From NCBI GenBank assembly GCA_964531165.1, contig CAZHEA010000004.1, forward strand, positions 24,476-88,475: 64,000 bases of DNA. The letters are read 5' to 3'. The stretch is from an uncultured Thiotrichaceae bacterium. Lineage in GTDB: Bacteria; Pseudomonadota; Gammaproteobacteria; SZUA-229. Position numbers and translations under genes: made by a program. Shown here piece after piece: positions 1 through 10,107 of the stretch; the stretch's first letter is position 1; every line of letters begins with the position of its first letter. The notes below the pieces were generated by a model. It was not told the DNA's origin. It searched no databases and saw only the letters and a list, made by a program, of their open reading frames with translations.

Positions 1-369
1 GCTGTATTTTCTGAAATACATGCACATCATTACGATCTGGTTGAAGAGGCGCAGCGCGCCAGAGTGTGGCTGGTGTCACCGACTACATTAATGGCGGTGT
101 TAACAACTGCACGTGCGGTATTAAAAGATAGTGCAACGCGAAAGCAGGTGCATTTAATTCAGGAGCATCTGGTCTCATTGGCAAAAGATTTTTCACGTTT
201 TAAGACGCGCATGGATAACCTGTCAAAACATATTCAGCAAGCCAGTAAAGATGTGGACGAAGTCAATACATCAGCAAAAAAAATCAGTTCGCGTTTTGAG
301 AAAATTGAAAAAGTCGAGCTACCTGACAGTGATTCAGGTGATGGGGTGAAGCTGGTTGAGTCTACTTGA
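1..369 (+). CDS. rmuC: DNA recombination protein RmuC, C-terminal part (5' truncated by window)
   Basis: Frame open from base 1: AVFSEIHAH...VWLVSPTTLMAVL...QEHL..LAKDFSRF..RMDNL, typical RmuC C-terminus. Confidence 0.9.
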   Translation, partial: AVFSEIHAHHYDLVEEAQRARVWLVSPTTLMAVLTTARAVLKDSATRKQVHLIQEHLVSLAKDFSRFKTRMDNLSKHIQQASKDVDEVNTSAKKISSRFEKIEKVELPDSDSGDGVKLVEST

Positions 370-396
370 TTTCACAAATGACGCCTTAATTAATAT

Positions 397-1638
397 ATGC
401 AAAATAAAACAATCAAAACTTCAGAACAACAATCAGCAGAGTTTAATACTGTAATGAATGTCTCATCAAAAAGGCAATGGCCAGTTGTTGTTGCTATTTT
501 AATGTCGGCATTATTTATTGCCTTTTTATTAACGGCATTTAAACCGCAGGCCGAAAAAAAAGCCATTAAAAGTTCGCCGCCGCAAGCGGAATATATTGTT
601 GCGCATAGTCAGTTAATGGCGGTGCCGGTTGTATCTCAGGGCAGTGTTAAAGCCAAAACTAGAATTAAACTGGTTGCTGAAGTGAGTGGTCGTATTACGC
701 AGATGGCGAAGCTGAAATTTAATGGTGGTTTTTTTAAAAATGACGAGTTGCTTTTAAGTATCGATGATACGGATTATCGACTTGCTATGAGCCGCGCTAA
801 AGCGCAGGTAGCGGCAGCACAACAGCAACTGGTTAAAGTTGAGATAGAAGCCGGCCAGGCTGAATATGATTTGCAACAAATAGGTCGAGACCCATCTAAA
901 TCCAGTGCTTATGCCTTGCGCAAACCACAGCTGGCGGAGGCCCGGGCAAGTTTGCAGGCTGCGCAGGCAGACCTGCAAATTGCGCGGCTAAAAATGCAAC
1001 GTACACGAGTTGTTGCGCCGTTTGCAGGACGGGTGGCGAGTAAGCAGGTGGATATCGGTCAGTATGTCAGTGCCGGTACCTTACTGGCTGATATTTATTC
1101 TACTGAAACGGTCACGGTACGTTTACCATTAAGTTTGCAGCAGACTGAATTGCTGGGTATTAAACTACGCCAAAATAAAAACCCGGCTGAAGCAGTTAGT
1201 ATTCGTTTGTTTTCTGAGTATGCCGAAAAAAAATATCAATGGAATGCTGTTTTTAGTCATACTGAAGGTGAACTGGATTTGCGTAATCGACTGGTTTATC
1301 TTGTTGCTGATGTGAATGAGCCTTATGCCAGTGACTCACAATTTCCCAATCGTCCACCATTAACACCGGGTATGTTTGTAAAGGCCGAATTGCGCGGACA
1401 GAAAAAAACATTATTTAAATTGCCCCGATCTGTTCTGCGATTTAACAATCATGTGTGGCTGGTTGATGCTCAAAATAAGTTGAAAATAATGCCGGTAACT
1501 GTGCTCACTAAAGATCGTGATTCGGTGTATATCAATCGTGGGCTGCAACAGGGTGATAGAGTTATTGTAAATGCCATTGATTTTCCGCTGAATGATATGT
1601 TGTTGTCTGCATCTGCATTAAAAGTCGATAATGAATAA
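397..1638 (+). CDS. RND efflux periplasmic adaptor (membrane fusion protein)
   Basis: N-terminal TM, EVSGRI lipoyl half, alpha-hairpin, RTRVVAPFAGRV, LTPGMFV; overlaps downstream RND permease. Confidence 0.9.
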   Translation: MQNKTIKTSEQQSAEFNTVMNVSSKRQWPVVVAILMSALFIAFLLTAFKPQAEKKAIKSSPPQAEYIVAHSQLMAVPVVSQGSVKAKTRIKLVAEVSGRITQMAKLKFNGGFFKNDELLLSIDDTDYRLAMSRAKAQVAAAQQQLVKVEIEAGQAEYDLQQIGRDPSKSSAYALRKPQLAEARASLQAAQADLQIARLKMQRTRVVAPFAGRVASKQVDIGQYVSAGTLLADIYSTETVTVRLPLSLQQTELLGIKLRQNKNPAEAVSIRLFSEYAEKKYQWNAVFSHTEGELDLRNRLVYLVADVNEPYASDSQFPNRPPLTPGMFVKAELRGQKKTLFKLPRSVLRFNNHVWLVDAQNKLKIMPVTVLTKDRDSVYINRGLQQGDRVIVNAIDFPLNDMLLSASALKVDNE

Positions 1639-4600
1639 GTTAATAGCCTGGTTTGCAGAAAATCAGGTGGCTGCCAATCTGGTAATGCTGTTGATTGTAG
1701 TGGCCGGCTTATTATCATTACAGACGACCCGTAAAGAATTAATCCCCAATATTTCATTAGATAAAGTTAGTATCAGTGTAGCCTTCCCCGGTGCATCACC
1801 GAAAGAAGTTGAGAGGACAATATGCATTCGAATTGAAGAAAATATATTTGATATTGAAGGCATTCGTAAATTAACCAGTCGGGCATCTGAAGGTGTATGT
1901 AGTGTTATTGCGAGCATTGAGTCGAGTTATCATTCGCGTGAAATCATGGATGAAATTAAATCGCGAATTGATACTATCTCGACTTTTCCTGAGCAGGCTG
2001 AACGCGCGTTAATACGTGAAATCAGTATTAAAAGTAGTGTCGCCAGTGTTGTTGTATCGGGTAATGCGGATGAGCGAACGCTGAAATATATTGCCCAAAA
2101 CGTACGTGATGAGTTAACAGAAATAAAAGGTATTACACAGGTTAAGCTGGTTAATGCCAGAAATTATGAACTTTCAATTGAATTATCTGAAAGTAGTTTA
2201 CATGAGTATGATTTAAATTTTGATGAGGTAGCTGGTGCGGTGCGTGTGGCTTCTCTGGATTTGCCCGCTGGGCGTTTAAAAACCAGCAGTGGTGATGTGT
2301 TGCTACGCACGCAGGCACAGGCCTACACCGGCGAAGAATACGAACAGTTAACCTTGCGGGCAAATGCTGATGGTAGTTCAATTAAACTGGCGGATGTGGC
2401 CACCATTATTGATGGTTTCGAGGATGTAGAGTTCAGCGGTGAATTCAATGGCAAGCCCGGGTTATTGATTACGGTTTACCGGGTGGGTGAACAAAATATT
2501 TTAGGAATTTCGGATAGCATAAAGCAATATATTGAAGAAAAGTCACCACAGTTACCCCATGGCATTGAATTAAATATCTGGCAGGATAAATCCAGTTATT
2601 TTAAGAGTCGTATGTATTTATTGATTCGCAATGCGATGACCGGTCTGTTGTTAGTGTTTTTAATTCTGGTGTTGTTCCTGCGTTTACGTCTGGCTTTCTG
2701 GGTAAGCCTGGGTATTCCGATTTCATTTATGGGCGCTTTCTGGCTATTGCCGCATGTTGATGGTTCCATCAATATGATTTCGATGTTTGGCTTTATTCTG
2801 GTGTTGGGAATTGTGGTGGATGATGCCATTGTGGTAGGGGAAAATATTCATAAGCACCATCTTCGAGGCAACCTGGGTTTAAAGGGGGCTATAGATGGTG
2901 CGCAGGAGGTTTCCAAGCCGGTAATATTTGCGGTGTTAACCAGCGTAGTGGCATTTATGCCTATCTTATTTCTGCCGGGTGCAGAAGGTCGTTTATGGAT
3001 GGTGATTCCGCAGGTGGTGATATTAACGCTGTTGTTTTCATTAGCTGAATGTTTATTTGTGTTGCCGGCACATTTAGCGCGGATTAAAACCCATGAGCAA
3101 AAAGAAAATCGTTTTACCCGTTTCCAGTCGGGTTTTTCAGACTGGTTGGATAATTTTATTGATACGGTTTATCGACCGACATTATTAAAAGTACTGAATT
3201 TTCGTTATATTACTTTATCGGCTTTTGTCGGTTTATTTATTGTTTTTGTGACGGTGCTGTATGCGGGCTGGATACATCTTCTGTTTTTCCCGAAAGTTGA
3301 AGGGGATATTGCTATTGCCAGTGTGAGTTTTTCGCAGGGCTCAAGCGTTGTTAAAACTGAGCAGGCGGTGGACAGAATTGAGGCAGCCGCATTGCAGCTT
3401 AAACAACAGTTAAAATTACGCACCGGTGTTGAGCAGATTGAAAATATTATTTCTACTGTTGGCATTCAGGCAATGAATCGCAGCGGTAAAAAAGGCGATC
3501 ATGTGGGTGAGGTCTCACTGGCTTTGCGGGCATCAGAGAAGCGTGAAATTGATAGCGCGGAAATATTGAAATTATGGCGGCAGGCGGTGGGGCAAATTCC
3601 GGCGGCGACACAGCTGACATATCAGTCGAGCATTCGCGATTCCGGGCCGGATATCAGTATTGATTTAACCGCACGCAACCCTGAAGTGTTATTGGCTGCA
3701 GCAAGAGAATTAAAAAAACAGTTGCAACAATATAACGGTGTTTATGATATTCAGGACAGTTTTGATGCGGGTAAGAAAGAGATTCGCTTACACCTGAAAC
3801 CAGCCGCTGAGCATTTAGGGATAAACGCTAAGCTGCTGGCACGACAGGTGCGACAGGCTTTTTATGGTGAAGAAGTACAACGTATACAGCGCGGGCGGGA
3901 TGATGTGAGGGTATTTGTGCGTTATCCTAAAGGCCAGCGCCAGTCGGTATATTTTTTAGAGAGCATGTTTATTCATCTGGATAATGGTGTTGATGTGCCA
4001 TTAACTGAAGTCGCTAATATAGAGTACAGTGCCAGCCCGGCAGAAATTTTACGTATTGATCGAAAGCGAGTGATTACGGTGAGTGCGCGGGTTGATCAAA
4101 GTATAGGCGTACCGGCGCAGATTAAGCAGAGCCTGAATGTTGATTTTCTTAATCGAATAGCAAAGCAGTTTAATGGCGTGAAGTGGAGCCTCTCCGGTAG
4201 TCAGAAAGATCAGGGTGACATGATCAGCTCGATGATTCGCGGGTTTATACTGGCTCTGATTGGTATTTATGCATTGATGGCGATTCCATTTAAATCCTAT
4301 ACACAGCCATTAATGGTGATGAGTGCGATTCCGTTTGGCCTTATTGGTGCGCTGCTAGGGCATATGTTATTGGGGCTGGATATTAGTCTGCTTTCACTGA
4401 GCGGCATGATCGCGGTTGCTGGGGTGGTGGTGAATGATAACCTGGTGCTGGTCGACTATATTAATCGTAAGCGTGAACAGGGGGTGGAGCTCAGTCTGGC
4501 GATTCGTGAGGCTGGCGCCGCTCGCTTTCGGCCAATTGTGTTAACGTCTCTGACAACGTTTGCTGGCTTAACACCGCTGATGCTTGAGCGCAGTGTGCAG

Positions 4601-4729
4601 GCACAGTTTCTGATTCCGATGGCGGTGTCTCTGGCATTCGGGGTGATGTTTGCGACAATTGTGAGTTTGCTGCTGGTTCCCGCCAGTTATTATGTACTGG
4701 AAGATATGAAGCGTAAATTTCGGTTTTGA
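1631..4729 (+). CDS. RND efflux permease (AcrB/AcrD/AcrF family)
   Basis: 1032 aa, two large periplasmic loops, GIVVDDAIVVGEN and RFRPIVLTSLTT motifs. Confidence 0.95.
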   Translation: MNKLIAWFAENQVAANLVMLLIVVAGLLSLQTTRKELIPNISLDKVSISVAFPGASPKEVERTICIRIEENIFDIEGIRKLTSRASEGVCSVIASIESSYHSREIMDEIKSRIDTISTFPEQAERALIREISIKSSVASVVVSGNADERTLKYIAQNVRDELTEIKGITQVKLVNARNYELSIELSESSLHEYDLNFDEVAGAVRVASLDLPAGRLKTSSGDVLLRTQAQAYTGEEYEQLTLRANADGSSIKLADVATIIDGFEDVEFSGEFNGKPGLLITVYRVGEQNILGISDSIKQYIEEKSPQLPHGIELNIWQDKSSYFKSRMYLLIRNAMTGLLLVFLILVLFLRLRLAFWVSLGIPISFMGAFWLLPHVDGSINMISMFGFILVLGIVVDDAIVVGENIHKHHLRGNLGLKGAIDGAQEVSKPVIFAVLTSVVAFMPILFLPGAEGRLWMVIPQVVILTLLFSLAECLFVLPAHLARIKTHEQKENRFTRFQSGFSDWLDNFIDTVYRPTLLKVLNFRYITLSAFVGLFIVFVTVLYAGWIHLLFFPKVEGDIAIASVSFSQGSSVVKTEQAVDRIEAAALQLKQQLKLRTGVEQIENIISTVGIQAMNRSGKKGDHVGEVSLALRASEKREIDSAEILKLWRQAVGQIPAATQLTYQSSIRDSGPDISIDLTARNPEVLLAAARELKKQLQQYNGVYDIQDSFDAGKKEIRLHLKPAAEHLGINAKLLARQVRQAFYGEEVQRIQRGRDDVRVFVRYPKGQRQSVYFLESMFIHLDNGVDVPLTEVANIEYSASPAEILRIDRKRVITVSARVDQSIGVPAQIKQSLNVDFLNRIAKQFNGVKWSLSGSQKDQGDMISSMIRGFILALIGIYALMAIPFKSYTQPLMVMSAIPFGLIGALLGHMLLGLDISLLSLSGMIAVAGVVVNDNLVLVDYINRKREQGVELSLAIREAGAARFRPIVLTSLTTFAGLTPLMLERSVQAQFLIPMAVSLAFGVMFATIVSLLLVPASYYVLEDMKRKFRF

Positions 4730-4921
4730 TCGTAACCCGCTCAAATTTTCGGCAAAATCGTATTTCAGGATCTATACTCATTAATTCTAAGTCTGTATAA
4801 ACAGGATAGATTGTCTTAATGTAATTAATTTCGCAGTATTGTTAGTTGGGAAATCACTAGAATGTTACCGGGAGCCGTACATTTCAGGAGGAGCTTCAGG
4901 GCGAAATTTCAGGGGTCATGT

Positions 4922-5287
4922 ATGGAAGATCAAGTGGAAAACCGCCGGCAATCGCCGCGGATTAGTTTAAAAGAAGCGCTCAATTTGAAAATCGTTTTCT
5001 CGTCTGAAAATCCGAATTTACTGGGTAAAACCTTATGTGGTTCAACGATTGATGTGTCTGCATCGGGTTTACGTATTGAGCTTAATCAGCAGATTAAAAT
5101 CGACAGTGTTCTGGATGTGTGGGTGACATTAAAAGAGAACGATAAAAAGTATTTTTTGACCGGCAATGTACGCTGGTGTCGCACATTGGAGACGGGTGAA
5201 TACTTTCAGATTGGAGTGGTATTACGTGAACGTTCTGACACGGTGACCGATCTGGACAGCTGGCAAGACGCGTTTAAAAATCGATAA
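4922..5287 (+). CDS. Single-domain PilZ protein (c-di-GMP receptor)
   Basis: ENRRQSPR (RxxxR) and DVSASG (DxSxxG); start re-assigned to ATG 4922. Confidence 0.85.
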   Translation: MEDQVENRRQSPRISLKEALNLKIVFSSENPNLLGKTLCGSTIDVSASGLRIELNQQIKIDSVLDVWVTLKENDKKYFLTGNVRWCRTLETGEYFQIGVVLRERSDTVTDLDSWQDAFKNR

Positions 5288-5470
5288 TGCTAAGGCGCTC
5301 CAGTGGTTGTCGTCTGTGTAGCGCTATTTCAAGCCCGCGGTTTGTATTGGTCGCTGTTGCTTTGTTTATTATTTATTTTGCTATTTGGTGAAGTTAGGGT
5401 AAGTTGTTTACAGGGAACGAAGATAACTGCACCCTAAATGATAACAACACCTGTCTGAAGGGAGCAAAAT

Positions 5471-6391
5471 ATGTCTAAGAAACATCCTGTTATTGCGGTT
5501 ACCGGTGCAAGTGGTGCAGGTACCACAGTTGTACAACAGGCATTCAAAGAAATTTTTTTCCGCCAGAAAATTAATGCCGCCTTTATTCAGGGTGATGGCT
5601 TTCTTCGTTATAACGAAACTGAAAGTGAAGCGTATATTTCTCAACAACTGGCCAAAAAACGCCATATTAGTTGTTATGGTCCCGACCTCAATGATTTTGC
5701 AAAATTACAGAGTTGTTTTCAGCAATATTCTGAAAATGGTAACTGTGATATGCGCTGTAAAGTGACATTAGAAAATCAGCATCTGCATAATGCTTCGATA
5801 GGTGAATTCACCCCATGGTTGCCTGGGCCTGATGATTCAGACTGCTTGTTTTATGAAGGAATGCATGGTGGTGTGGCGGCACAAACCTGGACCAGACGTA
5901 AATCTGAAAATGCCTCAGCTATTTTAAACGACAGGCGCAAGGCGAATGCCAATGGTGTAAATGCAGAACAGTATGTTGATTTGTTAATTGGTGTGGTTCC
6001 AGCCATTAATCTGGAATGGATTCAACGTATTAATCATGATCGTGTTAATCGTAAACAGTCTGCTGAGCAGGTGACGCAGAAAATTCTTGAGCAACTTCAG
6101 GATTATATTCATTTTATCGTGCCACAGTTTTCGGTTACGGATATTAATTTTCAGCGTGTGCCGGTGGTTGATACATCAAATCCGTTTGATTCTCAGCCGG
6201 TACCAACTGAAAAAGAAAGTATCGTTGTCATCAGTTTCAAAGAGCCGGAAAAGTACGATCTGGAAGATTATAAAGCGCGTATCGCCGGTGCTTTTGTATC
6301 AGGGCGAAAAAATCTAGTCGTGCCCGGAGGTAAAATGAGTCATGCACTGGATGTGATTTGTGCGCCATTAATAGAAGCACTGATTAAATGA
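5471..6391 (+). CDS. Phosphoribulokinase-family protein, divergent paralogue
   Basis: MSKKHPVIAVTGASGAGTT P-loop, YEGMHGG, INLEWIQ, DINFQRVPVVDTSNPF match proteobacterial PRK; several substrate residues replaced. Confidence 0.85.
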   Translation: MSKKHPVIAVTGASGAGTTVVQQAFKEIFFRQKINAAFIQGDGFLRYNETESEAYISQQLAKKRHISCYGPDLNDFAKLQSCFQQYSENGNCDMRCKVTLENQHLHNASIGEFTPWLPGPDDSDCLFYEGMHGGVAAQTWTRRKSENASAILNDRRKANANGVNAEQYVDLLIGVVPAINLEWIQRINHDRVNRKQSAEQVTQKILEQLQDYIHFIVPQFSVTDINFQRVPVVDTSNPFDSQPVPTEKESIVVISFKEPEKYDLEDYKARIAGAFVSGRKNLVVPGGKMSHALDVICAPLIEALIK

Positions 6392-6634
6392 TCTAAAAAG
6401 CACAGGCTTGGTATTTCTAGATAAATTTATCCGCATACCGTCAGTGTGATTTCTTAAGTAAAAAAGGACATTGCACTAATATTTGAGTTTTTATGTGTGA
6501 TGATAGCCCGCATCTTTATCAGTTGCCGAGTTTAAAAATGCGTGATGTTACTAATATATTTTATAAAAATTTAAAAAGTTTGCAGTGTCTACATAAATGT
6601 ATTTTTTAAATTATCAGAAAACGTTTTTACTTGG

Positions 6635-6901
6635 TTATTTTCCAATTCGGACTTCATCATAACGTCCGCTACTGCCGGTGAGTGATACATCATCATTTTC
6701 GGCCTCATTGCGTTTTTTCTCCGGTTTAGTCGAAAAAAAGTGATCAACAACCGAGCGGCTTTTATTCGGTGTTACCATTTTCTGTTTCTCATAGGTTCCC
6801 ATGCTTTCCACGGGTGAGCGGTTAACGACATAAATAATGCCAACACCGGTAATGACACCAAAGATGACAACTTTTAAAAATATGGAAACCGAGTTTTTCA
6901 T
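6635..6901 (-). CDS. Small hypothetical protein with N-terminal membrane anchor
   Basis: 88 aa ORF with hydrophobic N-terminal helix. Confidence 0.6.
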   Translation of the reverse strand: MKNSVSIFLKVVIFGVITGVGIIYVVNRSPVESMGTYEKQKMVTPNKSRSVVDHFFSTKPEKKRNEAENDDVSLTGSSGRYDEVRIGK

Positions 6902-6920
6902 AATCTGAATCTAACCTGTG

Positions 6921-7196
6921 TTAAGCCACTGTATTGACATATTTACCAATAATAGCACTTAAATTAGCATTGCAGGTTCGAGTTGATAGGCTTTTTCTGC
7001 GATGCAGGCTGCGCAGGCGTCTATTGTAAAGTACGGGTGTTTGCGCTCGTCTGCGTTCTTTATTCTTTCGACGTTCCAGTTTGCGCTGTATTTTTGTTGA
7101 GCCGATTGAGTCTTCGCTGGCAAAGGCTTTATTCAAGCGCCTGCGTTGGGTTAATGCGGAGATTTGGTTAGGCTGTATGGTTGGAATATTCGGCAT
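6921..7196 (-). CDS. Small Arg-rich hypothetical protein with ERR repeats
   Basis: ERRKNKERRR...NRR...HRRK and C-terminal IGKYVNTVA; ATG 7196 chosen (AGGGAG upstream), ORF open to 7238. Confidence 0.6.
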   Translation of the reverse strand: MPNIPTIQPNQISALTQRRRLNKAFASEDSIGSTKIQRKLERRKNKERRRAQTPVLYNRRLRSLHRRKSLSTRTCNANLSAIIGKYVNTVA

Positions 7197-7264
7197 AATA
7201 GTAAAGGTTAGTGTCTCCCTCAAACTATATATCGACATATTCTAGCGTTTCTTGAACAGGCTGT

Positions 7265-7300
7265 TTCCGGTGAGCAGGCATAAATTACCCCTCACCGGAA
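7265..7300 (-). terminator. Inverted repeat, possible terminator of the small KOW-like gene
   Basis: TTCCGGTGAG...CTCACCGGAA perfect 10-bp stem, no clear U-tract. Confidence 0.45.
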
Positions 7301-7323
7301 TACCCGTTAGGTGCTGGTTTGTA

Positions 7324-7512
7324 CTATGCGTTGTATGCGTACTGCTTGGCTGAATGTTTTTCCAGCTTATGGTTTAAAAAGCGGTAAGTGCCGCCAGAGT
7401 TAAATTTTATGACACTAAAGCCGTATGCGCTAACCTGATCAACCGTTACTTCCTGACCTGTGCTCTTAATGCGAACACGGTCACCAATATTTAATGTATT
7501 GTCGTTATTCAT
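7324..7512 (-). CDS. Small hypothetical protein, KOW/SH3-like
   Basis: LNIGDRVRIKSTGQEVTV pattern; GGAG RBS before ATG 7512. Confidence 0.65.
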   Translation of the reverse strand: MNNDNTLNIGDRVRIKSTGQEVTVDQVSAYGFSVIKFNSGGTYRFLNHKLEKHSAKQYAYNA

Positions 7513-7764
7513 TTTATGTCTCCAAATCACCAATTAGGGTTGTTATTTCAATGGACTACGCTTTAAAGTTAGACTAAGTTATTAACTAATGCAAGTAACT
7601 TTATGTAATTTATAGAAAAACAGCTGTATTTTGTGACGTAAGGTCGTATTTTGTAATAAAACAACCGACATTACAGCTGTAAAAATAATACGTTATGTAA
7701 GTAAGTTAGTTTAATTTGTTAGATAACGCAAGTATCCTCATGTTTTATATGAAGAAAAATAGCT

Positions 7765-9909
7765 CTAGCTTGGGCCGTTTACGGCTTCTTTTGTGACTTC
7801 GGGTGACTGTTTGAGCTCAATAACTGGATTGCTGGCATCAGTAATGATGATATTGGTTGCGGGTAATGGCGGGTTTTTAGCTAATACGGGTGGCATGCGA
7901 TCTTGCAGGCGCGTGACGGGTTTGTTCATTCTATATTCGTAAATCGCCATATAAGCTAGAACATTGCTGACGTATTCACGGGTTTCGGTGTAGGGAATCG
8001 TTTCTATCCAGCGTACGGCATCCATATTGTGTCGTTCAGGTAACCATTTTTCTACCCGATGGGGGCCGGCATTGTAAGCCGCGGTTGCCAGAACCTGCTG
8101 GCTATCCAGTTTGCTCAACATGCGCTCCAGGTAGCCTGTCCCCAGTCTAATGTTGGTGTTACTGCCCAATAGACTGTTTTTGCCGCGATAGCGTATTTTT
8201 AACTGTCTAGCCATATACCTTGCGGTATTGGGCATTAGCTGCATTAAGCCCATGGCTCCAACAGGGGAGCGGGCATCAGACATAAAGGCACTTTCCCGGC
8301 GGATAATGGCATAGGTCCAGGCCGGGTCTATTTTTCGCTGGTTTGACCAGTTAAAAACGTTCTTGTCTAAATGCATGGGAAACCTTAATTCAATATCATC
8401 ACGGTAACGGGTTTTGCCCATGGTAATAATCGCCCGGTCATGCCAGTTCCACGCCTGTGCAATTTTGGAGGCTGCCAGGCGTTGCTTGTTGTTAATCTGC
8501 TGAATCAGTTTATGCCATTCACGTCTGGCCGATAGCGTTTCTCCCATAAAATAAAACTCCCGGGCGCGTATCGCAGCGGGCTGTTTAAAAACGCTGTTCA
8601 TGACGTCTGGCGAAGGTTCTACTGGTTTTTCTTCAAATGCATAGGGCAGGCTCAGGTGGTCTGCAGCGAGAAAGCCGTAGTAGCTGCGCTTTTGAGACAA
8701 GTATTGATATATGCCCAGTGCATCATTTTCATTGCCTATTTGTTCATTGGCATGGGCCCACCAGTATTGCCAGCGATAATCTGACTGGTTGTGAGTACTT
8801 AAATCGCTGATGCTGTTGAGTACCTGTTGCCAGTCACCCTGGCGGATTGCGGTGCGAATACGCCATTCTTTAACGGCTTTATCTGCATAGGCATCAGGTA
8901 TTCTAGCTAGCCACAGTCCGGCATCCGGCATATGTTTGCGTGCCAGGCGCAAACCGAAGTGACGGATGAGTTCAGCATGTTGTTGTTGGCTAAAATGCGT
9001 CGGCAGGATTTGCTGGTTAAGCTGGTAATAGGCGGCGATGGCCTGGTCGATATCTTTATAGCTCAGTCGCATTAAACCATGTTGTAAAATCGCCATCTTA
9101 TCTGGGTGCTGAATATTGAGCATTTCGGCTGTGGTAACCAGTTGTGGCGATTTATGAATTTTTACCCATTTGCGTGCAATCTGCGCATCCTTAGCGGGCA
9201 TTGATTTAATCAGAAAGCGCGCCAGCCGGTGGTTATTAACTGACATTGCAAGTGTGAATCGCTGCCAGATGATTTGTGGTGACTGTTTTCCTGCATGCTG
9301 CCATTGTTTGAAAACTACATCGCAGGCCTTAGGTAGTGAGCTGGCGGATAGCCATAAATTTTCTATTTTTGGGTAGGCAATGGATTGTTGTTGAGTGTGT
9401 AAAAGAGCATTGAGGTATCTGCATTGAGCGGTTACGCCATAACCCGGCTGATAAATATCGATCAACCGCTGCCAGTTTTTATTGCGGGCGGCATGTTTAA
9501 TCAGCTTGCTACGAAAGCGGTTGCCAATCACCGTGTCTTCATTAGCCTGTAAAAAATGGTGAATCTGCCGGTTTGTTAAAACGGCGGGCTTAAACATTAA
9601 TGCATTGTATTGCAGGTAAGGTTGTAGAGGATAGTCTCTTAATTTGGCTGAAAGCTGGCGGAATTTATAATAATGGTGGTCTTTGTAAGCCTGCTGAGCC
9701 TGTTGATAGAGCTTGCGCTGATTGGCGAGCTGTAAGCTTTGCTGTGATGTCTGGCTGCTTGATAAGTTAAGCAAATCCAAATTGGTGGAAGCGTAGCTTG
9801 CAGAAAATACGCCCGGTAGCATCACGCCCGATAGCATCGCTAAGGGTAGCCACAGGCTAGAACGAAGAACGGACAGTAAAGCAGATGCTTGATGTCGTTG
9901 TTTTTGCAT
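7765..9909 (-). CDS. slt: Soluble lytic murein transglycosylase Slt70
   Basis: IIRRESAF, GAMGLMQLMP, AAYNAGP, IETIPYTETREYV; superhelical N-terminal region; start re-assigned to ATG 9909. Confidence 0.93.
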   Translation of the reverse strand: MQKQRHQASALLSVLRSSLWLPLAMLSGVMLPGVFSASYASTNLDLLNLSSSQTSQQSLQLANQRKLYQQAQQAYKDHHYYKFRQLSAKLRDYPLQPYLQYNALMFKPAVLTNRQIHHFLQANEDTVIGNRFRSKLIKHAARNKNWQRLIDIYQPGYGVTAQCRYLNALLHTQQQSIAYPKIENLWLSASSLPKACDVVFKQWQHAGKQSPQIIWQRFTLAMSVNNHRLARFLIKSMPAKDAQIARKWVKIHKSPQLVTTAEMLNIQHPDKMAILQHGLMRLSYKDIDQAIAAYYQLNQQILPTHFSQQQHAELIRHFGLRLARKHMPDAGLWLARIPDAYADKAVKEWRIRTAIRQGDWQQVLNSISDLSTHNQSDYRWQYWWAHANEQIGNENDALGIYQYLSQKRSYYGFLAADHLSLPYAFEEKPVEPSPDVMNSVFKQPAAIRAREFYFMGETLSARREWHKLIQQINNKQRLAASKIAQAWNWHDRAIITMGKTRYRDDIELRFPMHLDKNVFNWSNQRKIDPAWTYAIIRRESAFMSDARSPVGAMGLMQLMPNTARYMARQLKIRYRGKNSLLGSNTNIRLGTGYLERMLSKLDSQQVLATAAYNAGPHRVEKWLPERHNMDAVRWIETIPYTETREYVSNVLAYMAIYEYRMNKPVTRLQDRMPPVLAKNPPLPATNIIITDASNPVIELKQSPEVTKEAVNGPS

Positions 9910-10107
9910 TAAACCGGTTTCATAAATAATCAAAAAATTAAGTATTATCAACAGTTTAGTTATTCTAATTAAAATAAGCGTGAATATGCTCACAATTAGT
10001 CATTAAAACGATGAATGGTAGTGAATCATCTACAGACTAACACGGTGTACACCAAATGTTCATGTTCAATATCATTTAGACGGTTGATTGCTGATGACAA
10101 TATTAAA

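Noticed and set aside
5471-6391. Calling this locus a Calvin-cycle operon
   Set aside because: No cbb genes nearby and key substrate residues are replaced
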